Below, piece after piece: positions 13,000-26,610 of a stretch of DNA of 64,000 bases. The DNA is from Octopus sinensis (Eukaryota), in the NCBI RefSeq assembly GCF_006345805.1, contig NC_043002.1, positions 64,108,001-64,172,000 on the forward strand, read 5' to 3'. The position numbers and the translations under genes were made by a program. The notes below the pieces were generated by a model. The model made no database searches, was not told the origin of the DNA, and was given only the letters and a program-made list of their open reading frames with translations. How positions within the stretch are numbered: the first letter of the stretch is position 1; every line of letters starts with the position of its first letter.

Positions 13000-13895
13000 A
13001 AACTACGAGCACTCATTGCCTGCCTACTCATTTGTTGTTGTTTGTTCCTTCTCGAGTCGAGCCGGTTTCCTTGGCGTATAGTTCAACAGACTATTGATTA
13101 CAATCCCAGAAAGCCTATGAGTTCAATTGCAAAAACTCTCCATGTGTCCGAAGGAACAGTCAGAAATGTTTTTCACGAAGACATCAGATATAAGTCTTAT
13201 CTGATGAGAAAATGATAATATGTCAGACAGAGCAAAAGAAAATCTCTACATTAGACCTAAAAGGTTCTTAAACAAACTGAAAAATCCAGAATAAGAGCTG
13301 ATTTGATTTTTCTCAAACGACAAAAGCTTCGACCAAATCAAAGAGTTAACCGTAGAAATGACAGATGGTTATGTGCAGGCCCTTGTGAAGTTCCAAGTGT
13401 TATGCATACACAATTTCCTGCAACTGTCATGGTTTTAGGGGTTGACAGCAATGAAAGACATGTGATGCCTCCTTACTTCGATCCACAAGGTCTTAGAGTT
13501 AATTCTGCCGCCTACATTGAAGTCCTGGAAATAATTGTTAAGCCTGGATAGATTGTATGTAATGGACGGATATATGGGTTTCAATAAGTATCTGCACTAT
13601 CACATATCGTTCTAGTAACACAAGAATGGATGGCTGAAAATTTTCATGATAACATAACCCCTAACATTTGGCCTCCTAATTCCTCAGATCTCAATCCATT
13701 AGCCTATTACATGTGGAGCGTTGTTGAGAGAGAGGTCAATGAACACGCCCATAATATCAAAGATTCTTTGAAAGCTCCCATAATCAGGGTAATGTCCAAA
13801 ATGAACCAGGATCCCTTGATTCCAGCATGTAGAAGATTTAGATGCCATATAGAAGCAGTTGTTGTAGCTGAAAGTGGATATATTGAACAACATTA
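13000..13895 (+). mobile_element. maT (DD37D) Tc1/mariner transposase relic
   Basis: FFSNDK.FDQNQRVNRRNDRWL, FPATVMVLGV, FQ*VSA (=FQQDSA) and WPPNSSDLNPLAYY. There are exactly 37 residues between the second and third catalytic positions. TIRs not identified. Confidence 0.88.
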
Positions 13896-14243
13896 TAAAA
13901 AAGGAGGTTTATTTTTACCCTCATGGCATTTTTTTATCAATAAAGTTATTATATATCTGTTTTTTAAGAAACTTCGATTGGCAGAATCATGAGAGGATCG
14001 GGGAAAATGGTTTGTGATATCACTTGCTGTTCATTACGTTCTGAGTTTAAATCCCACCGCATTCAACGTTGGCCTTTGGCATTTTTACTCCGCTAAAGTA
14101 AAGAGCAACTCAAGAACTAAGATCAAGGCAAAACCACTCGCACTAAAACCGCTTGATTGTTACAAAATTCGGAACAAGTGTTATTGTTATTATTGGTACT
14201 AGCAGTGGTGGTGGTGGTGGTTTTGTAGGAGTGGTAGTAACAA

Positions 14244-14288
<45 letters not shown>

Positions 14289-14334
14289 CAGCAGCAGCAG
14301 TAGTAGTAGTAGTAGCAGCAGCAGTAGTAGTAGT

Positions 14335-14520
14335 TGTGGCAGAATCGATAGCACGCTCGGCAAAATGCTTAATGGCATTTCATCCTTCCAGATGTCCTGA
14401 GTTCAAATTCCGCGGGATCGACTTTGCCTTTAATCCTTTCGGAGTCGCTAACTTGACTACCAGTCATGCACTGGACTTCACCTAATCGACAAACCTATTC
14501 CACGTCTTGTGCCTACAATT
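14335..14520 (+). mobile_element. SINE family C, diverged
   Basis: GGCAGAATCGATAGCACG...GAGTTCAAATTCCGC...GACTTTGCCTTTAATCCTTTCGG. Confidence 0.8.
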
Positions 14521-14744
14521 GTGAAGAATTATTATTGTCGCTGTTGCTGTTATTGTTGTTCCTACTCTTACATTTCCATTTCGTTGTTGATTTCTTCTTC
14601 GTATTCGAAACACGATATTGTCTCTTTGTTGTAAATTACTGTTTTCAAAATACTTTTGAATAGCAACAAACGAAGCTGTATGCATTTTTTCATTCCCGTA
14701 TACATTTTCAGTCACACATATAAACACGTCCCTAATATATATAT

Positions 14745-14809
<65 letters not shown>

Positions 14810-15051
14810 CATATATATATATATATAATATTATATATATATATATATTATATATATATATGTATATATATATCTTCAAGTAGAAGTAGATGTGTGTAGA
14901 TGTGTGTGCTTTTCTGCGTATCCTTAGTGAATTCAATGTAAAAAGCATTATGCACTATTTTATTTTTTAAGTATAGGAAGTGGTGTGACTGAGGAATAGC
15001 CTATGTGTGTGAGTATGTATGTATAGGTATATGTGTAGGAAGATAGGTAGG

Positions 15052-15085
<34 letters not shown>

Positions 15086-15158
15086 CATATATACGTATAC
15101 ATTAATATATATATATATGTATATATATGTATATATATATGTATATATTTATATATAC

Positions 15159-15189
<31 letters not shown>

Positions 15190-15203
15190 CGTATATATAT
15201 GTG

Positions 15204-15270
<67 letters not shown>

Positions 15271-15928
15271 ACATATATATGTGTATATATATATATAACA
15301 ATGAGAGAAAGAAAAAATTGAAGAGTATAATAGTTATAGGCTAAGGGAGAATTGTAAAGTGCGTGAATGAAAAGAAAACTATACACAACACGACGACAAA
15401 AATTAAAACGTTGACAAAAAAAAGTTTACCGAGAGTTTGCTGCTAGTTGAAAATGTTTTCGATGAACGTTTAAGAGTAAAATGCATCATTAGTAAAATAC
15501 ATGGTAACTCGAAGAGTAGCCATATGTACATGTGTACATTGAAAATGTAGGAAATCTGAAGAACCCACCCAAATAAAATTAGGTAGAAAAAAACTAAAAT
15601 AAGAAATTACAGATAGCAAGTAAAGAAAATATATATTACATACAAATCATTAAAGAAAAATAATATTAATAAAAAAAAGAATCATGGCAGTTGGGTTCTG
15701 ATCGATTGTGTTGAATGTTTGTCTAATTTAAAGTGTTTTAGAATGTGTTTTGGACTAAACAATGCTATTCACGTAAAGTAAATTGAGTAAACGCATTCTT
15801 AAAAGAAATGTAATTCTTTTTAATTTTTAATTTTCTTTTTTAGTAGAATTACAATTGTTAAACGAGTAAAACATATGTGCGGATGTATTTATGCACATAT
15901 GTAAATTAAATACATTCACAGTACATAC

Positions 15929-15962
<34 letters not shown>

Positions 15963-16847
15963 TATATATTATATATATATATTATATATATATATAGCTA
16001 TAGATATAAATATATATAGTTATATATATATACATATATATATATTCATATATGTAGGTATATTTGTATCTATACACACATACATACACTTATATAGAGA
16101 ATGAGAGAGGTGTATGAAAGATTGATAGGTATACAGTATTATCCTTATACATATGTGACGATATATATATATAGGGGTATACATACAAATATACGCACAT
16201 ACATGCATACATACATACATACATACATGCATGCATACATACATACACACATACATACATACATACAAATATACGTACGTACATACATACATATATACAT
16301 ACATACATACATGCATGTATACATAAATTGGAAAGATAAGCACCATTCTATATAAGTTGTTTCTACTACATTTCACCATTATCGTTGTTTTCACACCTGT
16401 TTTGAGTATCCCAAGGACATTTGGGTGCTTAATCATTGTAGATCATCAGGGAATACCTTACTACATTAATGTAAAGTGAATTAGTGTCCAATGCAGCGTT
16501 CTAAGCAACCAAAATGTTAAAACGGACGTAGGAACTATCAATAAAACCTGTGTTTTTCTTAATTTTTTTTTCTGTATCTGCTCTGCATTTCATAAATATT
16601 AATACCACTTACTATAGAAATTATTCAGACGCAATACTGCGAGTAGGCTGGGATAAGATAATCTTCGTAGAACTCTGAACTTACCAGTAATATTCGTACA
16701 TCTATTTGCAACCTCAAGCTTCAAAATACGTTGTGTACTTAACTGTGCTAAACGTTACATATTACCATGTTAGCAACATATTTTCATCTTGTATGTATTT
16801 GTATATCGTAACCTCGCTGAGACAGTGATCCATACTTTTTTTTATGT

Positions 16848-17005
16848 TTATAGGCTGTGTGGTAAGTTGCTTGCTTACCAACCACATGTTTCCGGTTTCA
16901 ATCCCACTGCGTGGTACCTCAGGCAAGTGTCTTCTACTGTAGCCTCAGGACGATCAAAGACTCGTGAGTGGATTTGATAGACGGAAACTGAAACGAATCC
17001 CGTCG

Positions 17006-17038
<33 letters not shown>

Positions 17039-17290
17039 GTTTTTGTGTGTGTGTATGTGTGTGTGTGTGTGTGTGTGTTTGTGTGTGTGTGTCTGTTTGT
17101 CCCCCCTCAAACATCGCTTGACAACCGATGCTGGTGTGTTTCCATTCCTGTAACTTTGCGGTTCGGCAAAAGTGGGCGATAGAATAAGTACTAGGCTTAC
17201 AAAGAATAAGACCTGGGGGCGATTTGCTCGACTAAAGGCTGTGCACCAGTATGGCCGAAGTCAAATGACTGAAACAAGTATAAGAGTAAA
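16848..17290 (+). mobile_element. SINE family A (tRNA-like head, CORE-like block, internal (TA)n(TG)n, LINE-like tail)
   Basis: GGCTGTGTGGTAAG..GGTTTCAATCCC..GTACCTCAGGCAAGTGTCTT, then the microsatellite, then the tail GTCAAATGACTGAAACAAG. Homologues lie at 25660-26095, 35706-36045, 51470-51650 and 59295-59670. Confidence 0.9.
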
Positions 17291-18239
17291 GAAATAGTAG
17301 AGAATATATTACTTTATTTTCTATTGTAATGGAATAGATATGTAATGTATAGTACGTCCATCATATTCGTTATCTCTTCTACAAGTTTTCAAACCTAACG
17401 AAATTTTATTTTATATTACTAGATAATGTCTGCCGTTTTGTTCTTCATTAATCTAGATCTGTTTTGATTTAGCAGTGTATGACGTAATTTCATATGGCTT
17501 TATATGACACAAATTATTTCAGAACAGATATATTTTTGAAAAAAATTATCTTTAAATCACAAACCGCCACGCGAACACTATATATAAATACATTTACCTG
17601 ACTACACATAATCTGTAACTCATTGGCAGTTTGCGATCTGCAAAATGATTTCTATTGGAAAGCCTGAGATTCTACTTCAATGTATTACCATAATATGTCA
17701 CGGAGTGTGAAGAAAGACGAACCGAAGCTGTTGAGAAGCGAACCTCAACATAACCCAGTCATGGCTTTGATGTAAAATTTGTCTTCAGCACTAAAATTTC
17801 TAAAGTTTTCTGTTCTATATTCCGAAACTTATGCAGCGTCTACGATGTATTTAAGTGCATATATGGAAGAACATGTAAAATATACCACAAATAAACTTTA
17901 GCATCAAGACGTCGAAGATATACAAAAAAAGAAGTATATTCTTTATAGATTTAAGAAGGAAAGATTATATTTTTTCAAGAGATTTGTGTTTAGTTTTTGT
18001 TTGATTTACAAAAGAAAGATGAAAATCTCTCAATGGTCAATGGATTGTCCGAATCTTATTTTTGAAACACAAGCATATGATAAACACACAAAGCTCACAC
18101 ACACACACACACACGCGCACACATATATACACACACACACATAAACACATGCATACGCACACACAAACATACAAATGCATATCTTGTATATGCGAGGGTC
18201 TGTGCAAGAGTGTCCGAGTGTTCTATTATATATGCATGT

Positions 18240-18261
<22 letters not shown>

Positions 18262-18274
<13 letters not shown>

Positions 18275-18757
18275 TAGATAGATACAAATAACTGTGAGCG
18301 TGAGTGCGTGTATATATGTGTGTGTATGCATATTGCATAAATATATGTATATATATGCACATATATATATATTATACATATATACATATATATGTATATA
18401 TATATACATATATAATACATATATACATGTATATATATATACATATATTCGTATCATACATGTGTATATAATATATATAACTATTTGTATATATATATAT
18501 AATATATATATATATATATAGATAGATAGATACAAATAACTGTGAGCGTGAGTGCGTGTATATATGTGTGTGTATGCATATTGCATAAATATATGTATAT
18601 ATATGCACATATATATATATTATACATATATACATATATATGTATATATATATACATATATAATACATATATACATGTATATATATATACATATATTTCG
18701 TATCATACATGTGTATATAATATATATAACTATTTGTATATATATATATATATATAT
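18262..18757. repeat. Tandem duplication with a 248-bp period
   Basis: ACTGTGAGCGTGAGTGCGTG starts at both 18291 and 18539, with near-identical downstream low-complexity sequence. Confidence 0.9.
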
Positions 18758-18857
18758 GATACACCCACACATTCACACACACATATATATATATATACAT
18801 GTATATATATAAAGATGTTCATTTTCATATTTATTATCATCATCATCATCATCATCA

Positions 18858-18936
<79 letters not shown>

Positions 18937-19439
18937 CATTATTATTATTATTATTAACAATGTAGCATATACGCTATTCCCTTTACTTCATTGGAGTTAA
19001 TAACATTTAATAACGTTGTTTCGATATTTACTTTCATTTAATCGGATTAAGTAGGTATTTCGGGATATTTCGAGAATGCATATAGATATACGCTTTGATA
19101 TCTTTGCATCATTGTATTACGTAGGTTCGCAAACATAATATATCCCAACAAACTTCTATTCAGAGTAACTAGGTTTATTTGACTTGCGATAGAAATGAGC
19201 CGAAAGTATTGTATAGCAGACCATATTGTATAAGATCCTCCACTCGCATTTTCATGCTTCTTCAAATAAAGAAGTATGTAGGGAATTTATTTTCTAGTAT
19301 ATCGGAATTCATGCATTTCATCAATGGATATTTATTTCATCTATGTGCTTCAAGAATAACTCGGTTATTTATGTAATATATGTATAATTTCTATCCACAT
19401 ATATATTCAAACACACCTATATTTACATATATACACACA

Positions 19440-19516
<77 letters not shown>

Positions 19517-19584
19517 GTGAGAGGAGGGGAAGATAGAAAGATAGATAGATAAATAGATAGATATAGATAGATAATAAATATAGT

Positions 19585-19671
<87 letters not shown>

Positions 19672-19687
19672 CAGATAGATAAATAGG

Positions 19688-19762
<75 letters not shown>

Positions 19763-19848
19763 GCAGATATAATAATATGTGTGTATGCATGCATATGTAT
19801 TTATATATGCGTGTATATATTTACATATATCACTGAATAGAATTATGA

Positions 19849-19917
<69 letters not shown>

Positions 19918-20223
19918 CTGTGTGTGTGTGCGTGTGCGTTTGTGTATGTGTGAGTGCGTGCTGTGAATGCATATACATATGCGTCTACAGGTAAGCATAG
20001 ATTAATTGCCATATACAAATACGCAGGCAAGCACACGCATTTTGAATAGCATTGTCTGTAAGTCTGTCAGTTTTGTGTGCATGTTGCGAAAGCATTAATA
20101 TTTGATATTCATATAATTCAATACAGTATTGTTAATATGTATCATTCGCGAATTCAGATCTGTACTACATATGCACGAAGTATTATTTGGGCTCAAATAC
20201 GATAATCAGCTATGTGCAGGTCC

Positions 20224-20359
<136 letters not shown>

Positions 20360-20684
20360 TGCGTGTGTGTGTGCGTGTGTTTGTGTGTCTGTGTATGTGT
20401 GTCTGTGTGTGAGGAAGAGAGAGAGTATGTATGTATGTGAGTATATTTGCTTACAATGTTGTTTTCGGCCTATACCACGACACTTTTCATGAAGCCGATC
20501 CATACTGTTATGAAATAATACACGGAACACTCACCACACGCACACACACACACATACACTTATGTGTGTGTATATATATATTTGTATATATATATAAGAA
20601 GTAAATAGACACCCTTGAATTCATTAAAATTTATTTAAATCTGAAATCATACTTTAAAATTATTTGTTAGTTGTTATAATGTAC

Positions 20685-20888
20685 CTAAACCTTTGCACCA
20701 TCATGGCGCTTGATGTGACTTTTTAAATCAGACAAAGTTATGAAAAGACACTCACATAGATTGCACCTATGATTCGGACCAAGAAGACCTGCTGATTATA
20801 TTTCTGCTCTTTGTGGATCTTGGCATGCCTTTTGAGGCCTCCTTTGGATTTGCACACCTTCTTGCATACAAGGCATTCAAATGTGTGC
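20685..20888 (-). pseudogene. Two C2H2 zinc fingers in one frame separated by a stop (RTE-type LINE C-terminus or ZNF relic)
   Basis: HTFECLVCKKVCKSKGGLKRHAKIH-KEQKI*-SAGLLGPNHRCNLCECLFITLSDLKSHIKRHDGAKV*. Both fingers are Cx2Cx12Hx3H. There is no TGEKP linker. Confidence 0.7.
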
Positions 20889-20927
20889 AGAAACATTTAG
20901 GTAGGGTTGTTGGCGTAGTCAATATTA

Positions 20928-21604
20928 CAGTGTGTTAAACACATACGTTCGAAGAAAGGTATCACAGAAATAAACATACACGTACGAGAAGTATTTATTA
21001 TTACAATCTCAACTAAGACAGCAGAATTCCTGCAGTAGATCCAACAGAAGTTTACCCCGACTGCAGATGACCCTTGTAGCCCAAACTGTGCCAGTGCTCT
21101 ACTCAACACATCAACACATTAATCGACATATACCCTTTTGTCCAAAAATTTTAAATATATATATTCTTTGATATGACTAGTTGGTGCTGTCCGAAGATTA
21201 TCGCCTGGCATGTAATTGATCAGTCACTGGAAGGAATATCATCGCAAAGACAATTAGAGAATCGGTGTAAATATTACAAAAAGCAATATCATACGGAAAT
21301 TTGAGTAACAATTTTTTTCCTCTCATTTCCTTAGGTTCGGGCTAATCTGAATGTATTTTTCAGTCCTTTCCGTAAACTATCTATGGTTGCTTACAATATA
21401 ATCAACAGAAGTAAACATGTTATTGTTGAGCAAGGTCGAAATATTTTCAAATGACAATTTTCATGATTTATATATATATGTGTGTATATTTGATTGTAAA
21501 TGTGTGAGTAAGCGATATTCATATAGGTGAGTGGTAGGAATCTAACGAACTCAATAGCTGCTACAACTCTCCTCCTTCTCTCTTTCTGTCACTCTCTATC
21601 TCTT

Positions 21605-21639
<35 letters not shown>

Positions 21640-21936
21640 CTTGCTCTCTCGCTCTCTCCCTCTCTCTCCACTCAAGGAAATCAGTTGAAACTCAGTGAAA
21701 CTAGGGGAAGCTAGCCAAATATTAAAGGTAGGCTTAAATTGACTGACTATAAAAGAAAGGAAACTTATGCAAATGTAGGTATATATGGTACATGCGTAGG
21801 AAAAGACGTGTGTAAACCAGCAAACCACTGAGTACAAAGGTTGTCTCGAAAGAGATATATGATGTGTTTAAATTATTCAAGCATTCAGGTTTTAATATAA
21901 ATGCATACATAAATATGTAACATATATACATATATG

Positions 21937-22001
<65 letters not shown>

Positions 22002-22279
22002 GCATGTATGTATAAGTCTGAATATAAAATCGACATATTTAACGTACGTATATACGTATATATATATATATGTACGTACATACCTATGTGTATCTATGGA
22101 TATATGTAAATGGCAATATTAGTTATCACGTGATATTCTCTTCCATTATTTTAGCCACTTTTCACGAAAGACAACTGAGGGAATGTCTCCTACGTATTAT
22201 TCCATAGCAAGGAAACATATATTACTGTACGTTTGACTGTGTGATAGCTTTCTTTCGAACGTATGTGTTTAACACACTG
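20928..22279. mobile_element. Non-autonomous Tc1-like element (CAGTG termini, TA target site duplication)
   Basis: TA|CAGTGTGTTAAACACATACGTTCGAA... and ...TTCGAACGTATGTGTTTAACACACTG|TA, with a ~40-bp TIR. No transposase recognised inside. Confidence 0.75.
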
Positions 22280-22439
22280 TAACATTGTATACTCCAATTC
22301 ACAGTAGACAAATTAGGTTTGAAGCCAATGGCGTGTAAAAACATTTGAAAAAGTAAGAAACAGCATTATACAGTTGAAAAATAAATGTTTAACAAAAAGA
22401 AAAGACAAAGCAAAGAAAAATGTCAAAGAGTTTATATAC

Positions 22440-22800
22440 ACGTTTTCAGCTCTTGGCCTCCCAAATTTTATGTTTATGAAAATACACCCGCAGGGATTCT
22501 CTAGCATGTAGATGAGGTTTTATGATTTTTATAAGCATTCCTATCTTGTCTGCTAATGTAAATATGCCGGACGTATAAATTGTAAAAGTTTTGTGATAAT
22601 TTTGTAGCAATAATATGTAATATTGAGGGACATCTCTTTTGTAAAGACCAGAAAACTTGTGATTGAAAGCAAGCTGGAAAGCCATAGGGTGAAAAATTAA
22701 AATTATATTCGGTGAACGGATGGACTGCAAAATAATCTCCATGTCTATATCTCCAAATGATTTAACAAACCGAAAACTTGGTGGTGGTTGATGTAAGATA
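22440..22800 (-). mobile_element. Possible piggyBac transposase C-terminal relic
   Basis: Weak resemblance only: SFGDIDME (cf. MGGVD), SIRSPNIILIFH...GLYKRD (cf. RSKKWY..IFFH...LLYRR), KFGRP. Confidence 0.3.
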
Positions 22801-23112
22801 ACATCTGTAGAATATTTCTTTTAATTTCAATCTGGGGATTATAGTGGCTTTGGAAGTGGAGTTTAATAATACAAAGACTAAATAATAAAGGAAAATTCAT
22901 GAAGTAATTTGAATAAATAAAATGGAATATAGAAAAATATATCCTAAAATCAGCAAATATATAGTTCTATTGAATTTCAGCAAATCAATTGAAAACAGCC
23001 GATCATAATAAATACGTTGCAGTGTTCGAAGTACAGTTAGGAGTACCCGAGGGTTTATAAAGTAATGTTTTCTCCAAATTTGTAGTAGAGAAAGGATATG
23101 CCAAAATACAAA

Positions 23113-23154
<42 letters not shown>

Positions 23155-23171
23155 CATATATATATACATAC

Positions 23172-24097
<926 letters not shown>

Positions 24098-25071
24098 TAT
24101 ATTGTGTACATATATAACATATAATACATATATAGGCATATGTATATATCAATTAATACAAATACACACACACACACAAATCGTATTAGGCAATACATAC
24201 GTTTTACTGCGATATATAAAAGTCGTTTACAAAAGTGCATTCCATGTTGCAATAACTGAGTCAATTGTAGCAATAGATCTATCGACTTTCCTTTACTGTT
24301 CAAGGTTTCAAATATGTTGGGGAAAAAATTACATTTAAAGCTGTATCGCTCATTCACTTCAAATTCATAGACGTGGAAAATATCTGTCAACACGTCGAAT
24401 GTCGGTCAGCGGTAAATCAACAAAGTGGCGCTTGGGAGTTGTATAGTATGTCCACATTGGCAACGTCACGTGTGAGGTCTTGCCCAATTGAAGAAACAAC
24501 TTGGGAGGGTTTCCACGATTGACGAATGAAAATTCACTTAGTGTATTGGAAACAGTGTTGGAGACAATGTAATATAACTAAATATTGTGGAGAAAATGAA
24601 ATTGAATTCATTCACATTCGTGAATACAAACAAGGAACTAACAGAACATATGTATGAAATACACAACGAATTTCGAGATGGATTACGAGTCGGGAAATAT
24701 AAAACAATCGGATATTAATAAAACATTACAGGCAGGATGTATGAAATGTTATATGTGAACATACGACAGTAACTCAAGACATCCAAATACAAGCTTGTGC
24801 TCTTCGAGGCCGAGCGTTATACGCACAGCTCAGAGAAATTTAGTCACCCAAAGGTTCTGAGTTCAATCGAAAAAAGGTGTCATTTTAAAAGGAGCAACAT
24901 GACACATACCAGTCATGACTTATACAGGTCCGACGCCATAGAATATGACGAACTAGGGACCAAATCTCTAGCTTGTTGGGAGTTCTCTGATGATAGTTCC
25001 TGCTGTACTCTCACTCTGTAGGGAGCTTCTATTTATTGTAATGTGATGAAAATTTAACGACATAATTTCTG

Positions 25072-25365
25072 AGGGCGAGTGGCGGAGTGGTTAGAAATTC
25101 GACTCACAAATCGTGCTGTTATGAGTTCGATTCCCGATGGTGCATTGTGTCCTTGAGCAAAACACTTTATATCATATTGCTCCAGTGTATTCAAAGGGTT
25201 AGCCTTGTAATATTCTGTGCCACGCTGAATCTCACTGAGAACTACGTTAATGCTACGCGTGGCTTTGGCGGACTTTGTCACTTTAAGGTTAATTTCACAA
25301 AAGTGCTCCAGTAATCAGATCAACAGAAGCACTCCTCGTCGTAAAAGACGGAGCACCAGTAAGTA
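25072..25365 (+). mobile_element. CORE-type tRNA-derived SINE (family D), diverged
   Basis: GGCGGAGTGGTTAG (A box), GAGTTCGATTCCC (B box) and TGTGTCCTTGAGCAAAACACTTTA (CORE-like). Confidence 0.8.
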
Positions 25366-25659
25366 AACTGTAGATCCTTATTCCGGAGGGTGAGACACTG
25401 CACTCAATGGAATTAAATGCTTAAATAGATAACATGTTCATTGTACGATTTATACTAGCATTGTAATTACCAGGCGTAAATATTTGTGCTACATCATAAA
25501 TTATATACTTGTTGAATTATAATGCTACATAACGCCTTCCGTACTTCCTTTTCCCACATTTCCTTCGTACTTCCTTTTGTCACCGTATAACCAGTTTGTC
25601 CTAACTGAAACATCCATGAAAGTCTCTTGTATAGGATTTCTTTTAGTTGTAGTGGTGAT

Positions 25660-25823
25660 AGGCGAAGGAATGGCTGTGTGGTAAGTAGCTTGCTTAACAA
25701 CCACATGGTTCCGAGTTCAGTCCCACTGCGTGGAACCTTGGGCGAGTGTCTTCTATATAGCCTAGGACTGAACAAGGCCTGGTGAGTGAATTTGGTAGAC
25801 GGACACTGAAAGAAGCCCGTCGT

Positions 25824-25863
<40 letters not shown>

Positions 25864-26095
25864 GTGTGTGTGTGTGTGTGTTTGTGTGTCTCTGTGTCTC
25901 TGTTTTTCCCCCAACATCGATTGACAACCGATGGTGGTATGTTTACATCCCTGTAACTTAGCGGTTCGGCAAAAGATATCGATATAGTAAGTACTAGGCT
26001 TACAAAGAATAAGTCCTTGGATAGATTTGCCCGACTAAAGGCGGTGCTCCAGCATGGTGGCAGTCAAATGACTGAAACAGGTAAAAGAGTAATGA
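25660..26095 (+). mobile_element. SINE family A, full length
   Basis: Colinear with 16848-17290, including the internal (TA)n(TG)n and the tail GGCGGTGCTCCAGCATGG..CAGTCAAATGACTGAAAC. Confidence 0.9.
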
Positions 26096-26124
26096 TTAAA
26101 AAGTATAGCAGCAGCAGTAGTTGC

Positions 26125-26175
<51 letters not shown>

Positions 26176-26261
26176 AGTAGTAGTAGTTTTAATATTCCTA
26201 TTATATTATAATGTGACATTTGGTTATTGTTTTGAGTCCGTATACAAATTTCTACATCCAA

Positions 26262-26610
26262 TATTTTTTGAGACCCCCTTCGGTCATGACTGACCGTGGG
26301 ATTGCACCTAGAAAGTTACCCTCCCAGGAAAGTCCGGGCAAGGTTGTTTATGGAAGACCAGCAGTCGCCCATGCATACCGGCCACCCCTCCCCACGACAC
26401 GCCACCAGTGTTATCCTAGGGATAGGCAAAGGCCAATTGAGCTTGGGATCTGTGACGTCGCAACTCATTTCTACAGCTGAGTGAACTGGAGCAACGTGAA
26501 AGAAAGTATCTTGCTCAATGACACAACACACAGCCCGGTCCGTGATTCGAACTCACAACCTCACGATCGTAAGCTCGACGCTCTAACCACTAAGCCATGT
26601 GCCTTCACAC
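26262..26610 (-). mobile_element. CORE-type tRNA-derived SINE (family D)
   Basis: Reverse complement: GGCTTAGTGGTTAGAGC (A box), GAGTTCGAATCAC (B box), TGTGTCATTGAGCAAGATACTT...CACTCAGCTGTAGAAATGAG (CORE-like). Confidence 0.85.

Noticed and set aside
16686-17640. Small minus-strand exon candidates ending at GTAAGT (~16686) and GTAAAT (~17597)
   Set aside because: Too short to distinguish from chance splice-like motifs without RNA data.
19188-19272. Possible plus-strand exon (AG...GTATGT; NEPKVLYSRPYCIRSSTRIFMLLQIK)
   Set aside because: Weak acceptor, no recognisable homology, and opposite strand to the better exon candidate.
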